Positions 61,622 through 64,000 of a DNA stretch of 64,000 bases are shown one piece after another. The position numbers were made by a program, and so were the translations under genes. The DNA lies in the NCBI GenBank assembly GCA_964035575.1, contig OZ037835.1, positions 2,046,001-2,110,000 on the forward strand. Direction: 5' to 3'. The number at the start of each line of letters is the position of its first letter. Within the stretch, counting starts at the first letter, position 1. The notes beneath the pieces were generated by a model that saw only the letters and a list, made by a program, of their open reading frames with translations, did no database searches and had not been told where the DNA came from. The stretch is from Rhynchopus sp. YZ270_cl-10 (lineage: Eukaryota).

Positions 61622-62731
61622 ATGATGAATGTGACCTTTGTGCTGGAAGAGTCGGGCGTGACTGCGACAGTGGAGGTGCCGTGCGAGGCGAACGCTGCAG
61701 CGGCAAAGGAGGTTGCGTGCACGGCGTTTGCTGTCTCGCCTGCGTCTGTCGAGATGCGCATCGGCACGAAGGTGCTGGAGGGGACGTGCCGTCTGCAGGA
61801 CACTGCGTTTGATTCAGGGGTGCAGGTTGTGCTTGCCCGCCCTCGCTTTGCCGATATCAAGTGTCCTGCTGAGTGCAGCATAGAGGAGAATGATATAAAT
61901 CGCTTATCGCTGTCTCCTTGTGGGGCACTCTGCCTCTATACACAGCATGCAGGCTATATCACCGGCCTCGATACAGACACCTTCAGTGCTGCCTTCAAGT
62001 TCAAAGCAGACATTTCCAACCCGGTGTGTAGTGTGCCTGCCATCTCGTGCAAGACACGCTGCTACCTGGCGTGCGAGGAAAGCCTACACAAGATTGCGCT
62101 TCCGAGTGGGGAGGTGATCCGCAAGGTCGACTGCTTTTCGAAGTCGGTGTTCGCGTGTGGCGGTGTTGTTGTCTCCCAAGTCCAAGACAACGGTGTCTCT
62201 GTGTATGACGAAGACCTGACGTGGCTCCGCTCTCTCACGCACGAAGGATGCAGGGACATGGCAGTGTCGGACTGTGGTGGGTGGGTGATCACCTCCTCCG
62301 ATACGGAGAGGAACGCACGTCTGTGGGATGTGAACACAGGTGAAGCTGTGGCATGTGTGCCTGCGGATGGGTGGTATGTTGCGCTTTCACGGTGCGCCTC
62401 TGTCTTTGCTGTGGATAAACTGCACTGCCCTGGCGAGGTGCAGCTCTATGACTGGAGCGGTGCGGCTCTTGGCAGCTTCAAAGAGGAGCAGTGTGTTGTC
62501 TGTGGCGTGCAGTTCACTCCGTGTGGGAAGTACGCTGTGGTTGCATTTATGAAGGGACGAACCTTCGCGTCTCGTTTGGCATTGCACCAGTATGATGTCG
62601 CGACCATGTCCTGTGTGCGCGTGTTTCCGAACACCTCCGGTGAGTTTGCGATATCGCCGTGTTCACAGGTGGTTATGTTTAGTTCATCAACACGCGACGT
62701 CCTTGTGTCACAGCATCTGTACCCCTACTGA
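61622..62731 (+). CDS. Ubiquitin-like domain plus WD40-like beta-propeller protein, paralogue 2
   Basis: Tandem paralogue of 59944-61101; ATG at 61622 or 61625. Confidence 0.85.
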   Translation: MMNVTFVLEESGVTATVEVPCEANAAAAKEVACTAFAVSPASVEMRIGTKVLEGTCRLQDTAFDSGVQVVLARPRFADIKCPAECSIEENDINRLSLSPCGALCLYTQHAGYITGLDTDTFSAAFKFKADISNPVCSVPAISCKTRCYLACEESLHKIALPSGEVIRKVDCFSKSVFACGGVVVSQVQDNGVSVYDEDLTWLRSLTHEGCRDMAVSDCGGWVITSSDTERNARLWDVNTGEAVACVPADGWYVALSRCASVFAVDKLHCPGEVQLYDWSGAALGSFKEEQCVVCGVQFTPCGKYAVVAFMKGRTFASRLALHQYDVATMSCVRVFPNTSGEFAISPCSQVVMFSSSTRDVLVSQHLYPY

Positions 62732-63791
62732 GTGGTGCAGTCCACCCTGTGTGGGAAGGTACCTCCTCGAGTACTGCAGTGTGTTGCTACGTGCGTTGCA
62801 TCGATGTTTGCGTTGCACCCTCGACCTACTAGCCTGTGAGGGAAGACATTTTGAGACATTTTGAGACATTTTGAGGATAACTACCACACCACTCTATACC
62901 ACTCTTTACCTCTCTTTTTTTGCTTTGTTGAAACCTCTCTCCCACTCTCCCATATGGGAGTTCATCGCATACTCATTTTATGTGATACGTGCTTGCCCCC
63001 CGTGTAAGAGTACAGCTTATGATGTGTTCAAGAACTTTGTTGTCAGACCGGTCATACCGCCACATCCTTGTAGGGAGTTGTGCTGTCTGTATACTACTTT
63101 TGGGATACTCATGTTGTGCGTACTGTTTATTTTATTATTTTCCTTTTCTTTGTAATTTTCTTTGAACAAGATAAACCAATAAGCTCGCGTTTCTTTTATC
63201 GAACAGATTTTATTCTCTGCCCCGTACCCAAAACATAAACACCAGAAATAAATATTTTCTGGTGTGATTCAGGGGGTACGGAGAACCCACGGACAACCCA
63301 CGGAAGAACCACGGGGGAACCACGGAGAACTGTTTCGGGCTATATTAATATTTGCGGAGCACCTTCGGGAGAACCACGGGGGAACCACGGAGAATCCATT
63401 TGGGTGATCACACCATTTTCCTCTCCTTTTTTTTTTTCCCCCACACGCGCTAGTTTTTGCATACTGCGAGTTTTCCTGGAAGCGCAGGAAAAATGACTGG
63501 GGAGTGTTGGTGGCTCCGTGACGCCACAGAGCCGGCACACTCGTTGAGTGCCTCACAAAACCTAAAAATTTATTCCGCTTTGATTTTATTTATTGTCTTC
63601 ACGCTATATTGTTGTTGTTGGGTTGGGAAATAAAAATTTCGCTAATTTTTATCAAAAAGCTTTCCCTAGTTTCGAGTGCGAAACGTTTCTCCATGTATTG
63701 CCCACACACACACCCACCCCACAACAGGAGAGTGCAAATCACTCACTCCCTCCCCTCCCTCCTCCTCCTCCTCCCTTTCATCCCCTCCACA

Positions 63792-64000
63792 ATGTTGCTG
63801 CTCTGCACCACTCTAGCACTGTCAGGTAGCAGCACACCCTTCAGGGGCAACAACGACGTCCTGCACAGCAGTCGGTCCTATGACCACTCGGCCATGCGCA
63901 CCGCACTGGGCTACGACAGCTGCCCCTCGCAAAGCGAGGGGGTTCCTTCCCACGGCGTACCGTACCCAAGCACCTTTGCGTTAAGCGTGCTTCTCTGCGC
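63792..64000 (+). CDS. 5' part of a putative secreted protein, runs off the window
   Basis: CACAATG start after a pyrimidine tract; MLLLCTTLALSG signal-like; open to the window end. Confidence 0.5.
   Translation, partial: MLLLCTTLALSGSSTPFRGNNDVLHSSRSYDHSAMRTALGYDSCPSQSEGVPSHGVPYPSTFALSVLLC

Noticed and set aside
1..64000. tRNA, rRNA, spliced-leader RNA or telomeric arrays
   Set aside because: None recognised by eye; tRNAscan-SE and Infernal would be needed to exclude them

Overview
Eukaryotic, repeat-dense genomic DNA. A euglenozoan, probably diplonemid-like, origin is an inference from GT(ATG)-AG introns, all credible genes lying on the + strand, and the gene families present. Genes: a receptor-type class III nucleotidyl-cyclase-like protein with a degenerate active site; a secreted tandem NTF2/SnoaL-like protein; a 3-exon GNAT acetyltransferase; a 2-exon coiled-coil protein; a 2-exon PPR-like protein; DUS2; a doubly frameshifted type I surface protein; and a cluster of ubiquitin-like (Ubl)-capped repeat proteins (two Ubl-BspA/LRR, one of them disrupted, and two Ubl-WD40). 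A large part of the window, mainly 17-35 kb and 41-53 kb, consists of non-autonomous DNA transposons whose ends and target-site duplications (TSDs) can be read directly. These include CACG...CGTG elements with 2-bp TSDs, TA-flanked GGCATA and GGGG/foldback elements, hAT elements (8-bp TSD, plus one 6-bp-TSD element) and a piggyBac remnant (TTAA). The three most notable observations are: (i) two independent stacks in which three different element types abut end-to-end at shared TA dinucleotides in the same order (CACG-GGCATA-GGGG) beside poly-C tracts; (ii) a 5'-truncated non-LTR retrotransposon (19-bp TSD, no poly-A) whose ORF ends in two unusual Cys/His modules and a canonical PCNA PIP box; (iii) the Ubl plus hypervariable-repeat gene cluster. 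All coordinates were counted by eye and no database searches were run.
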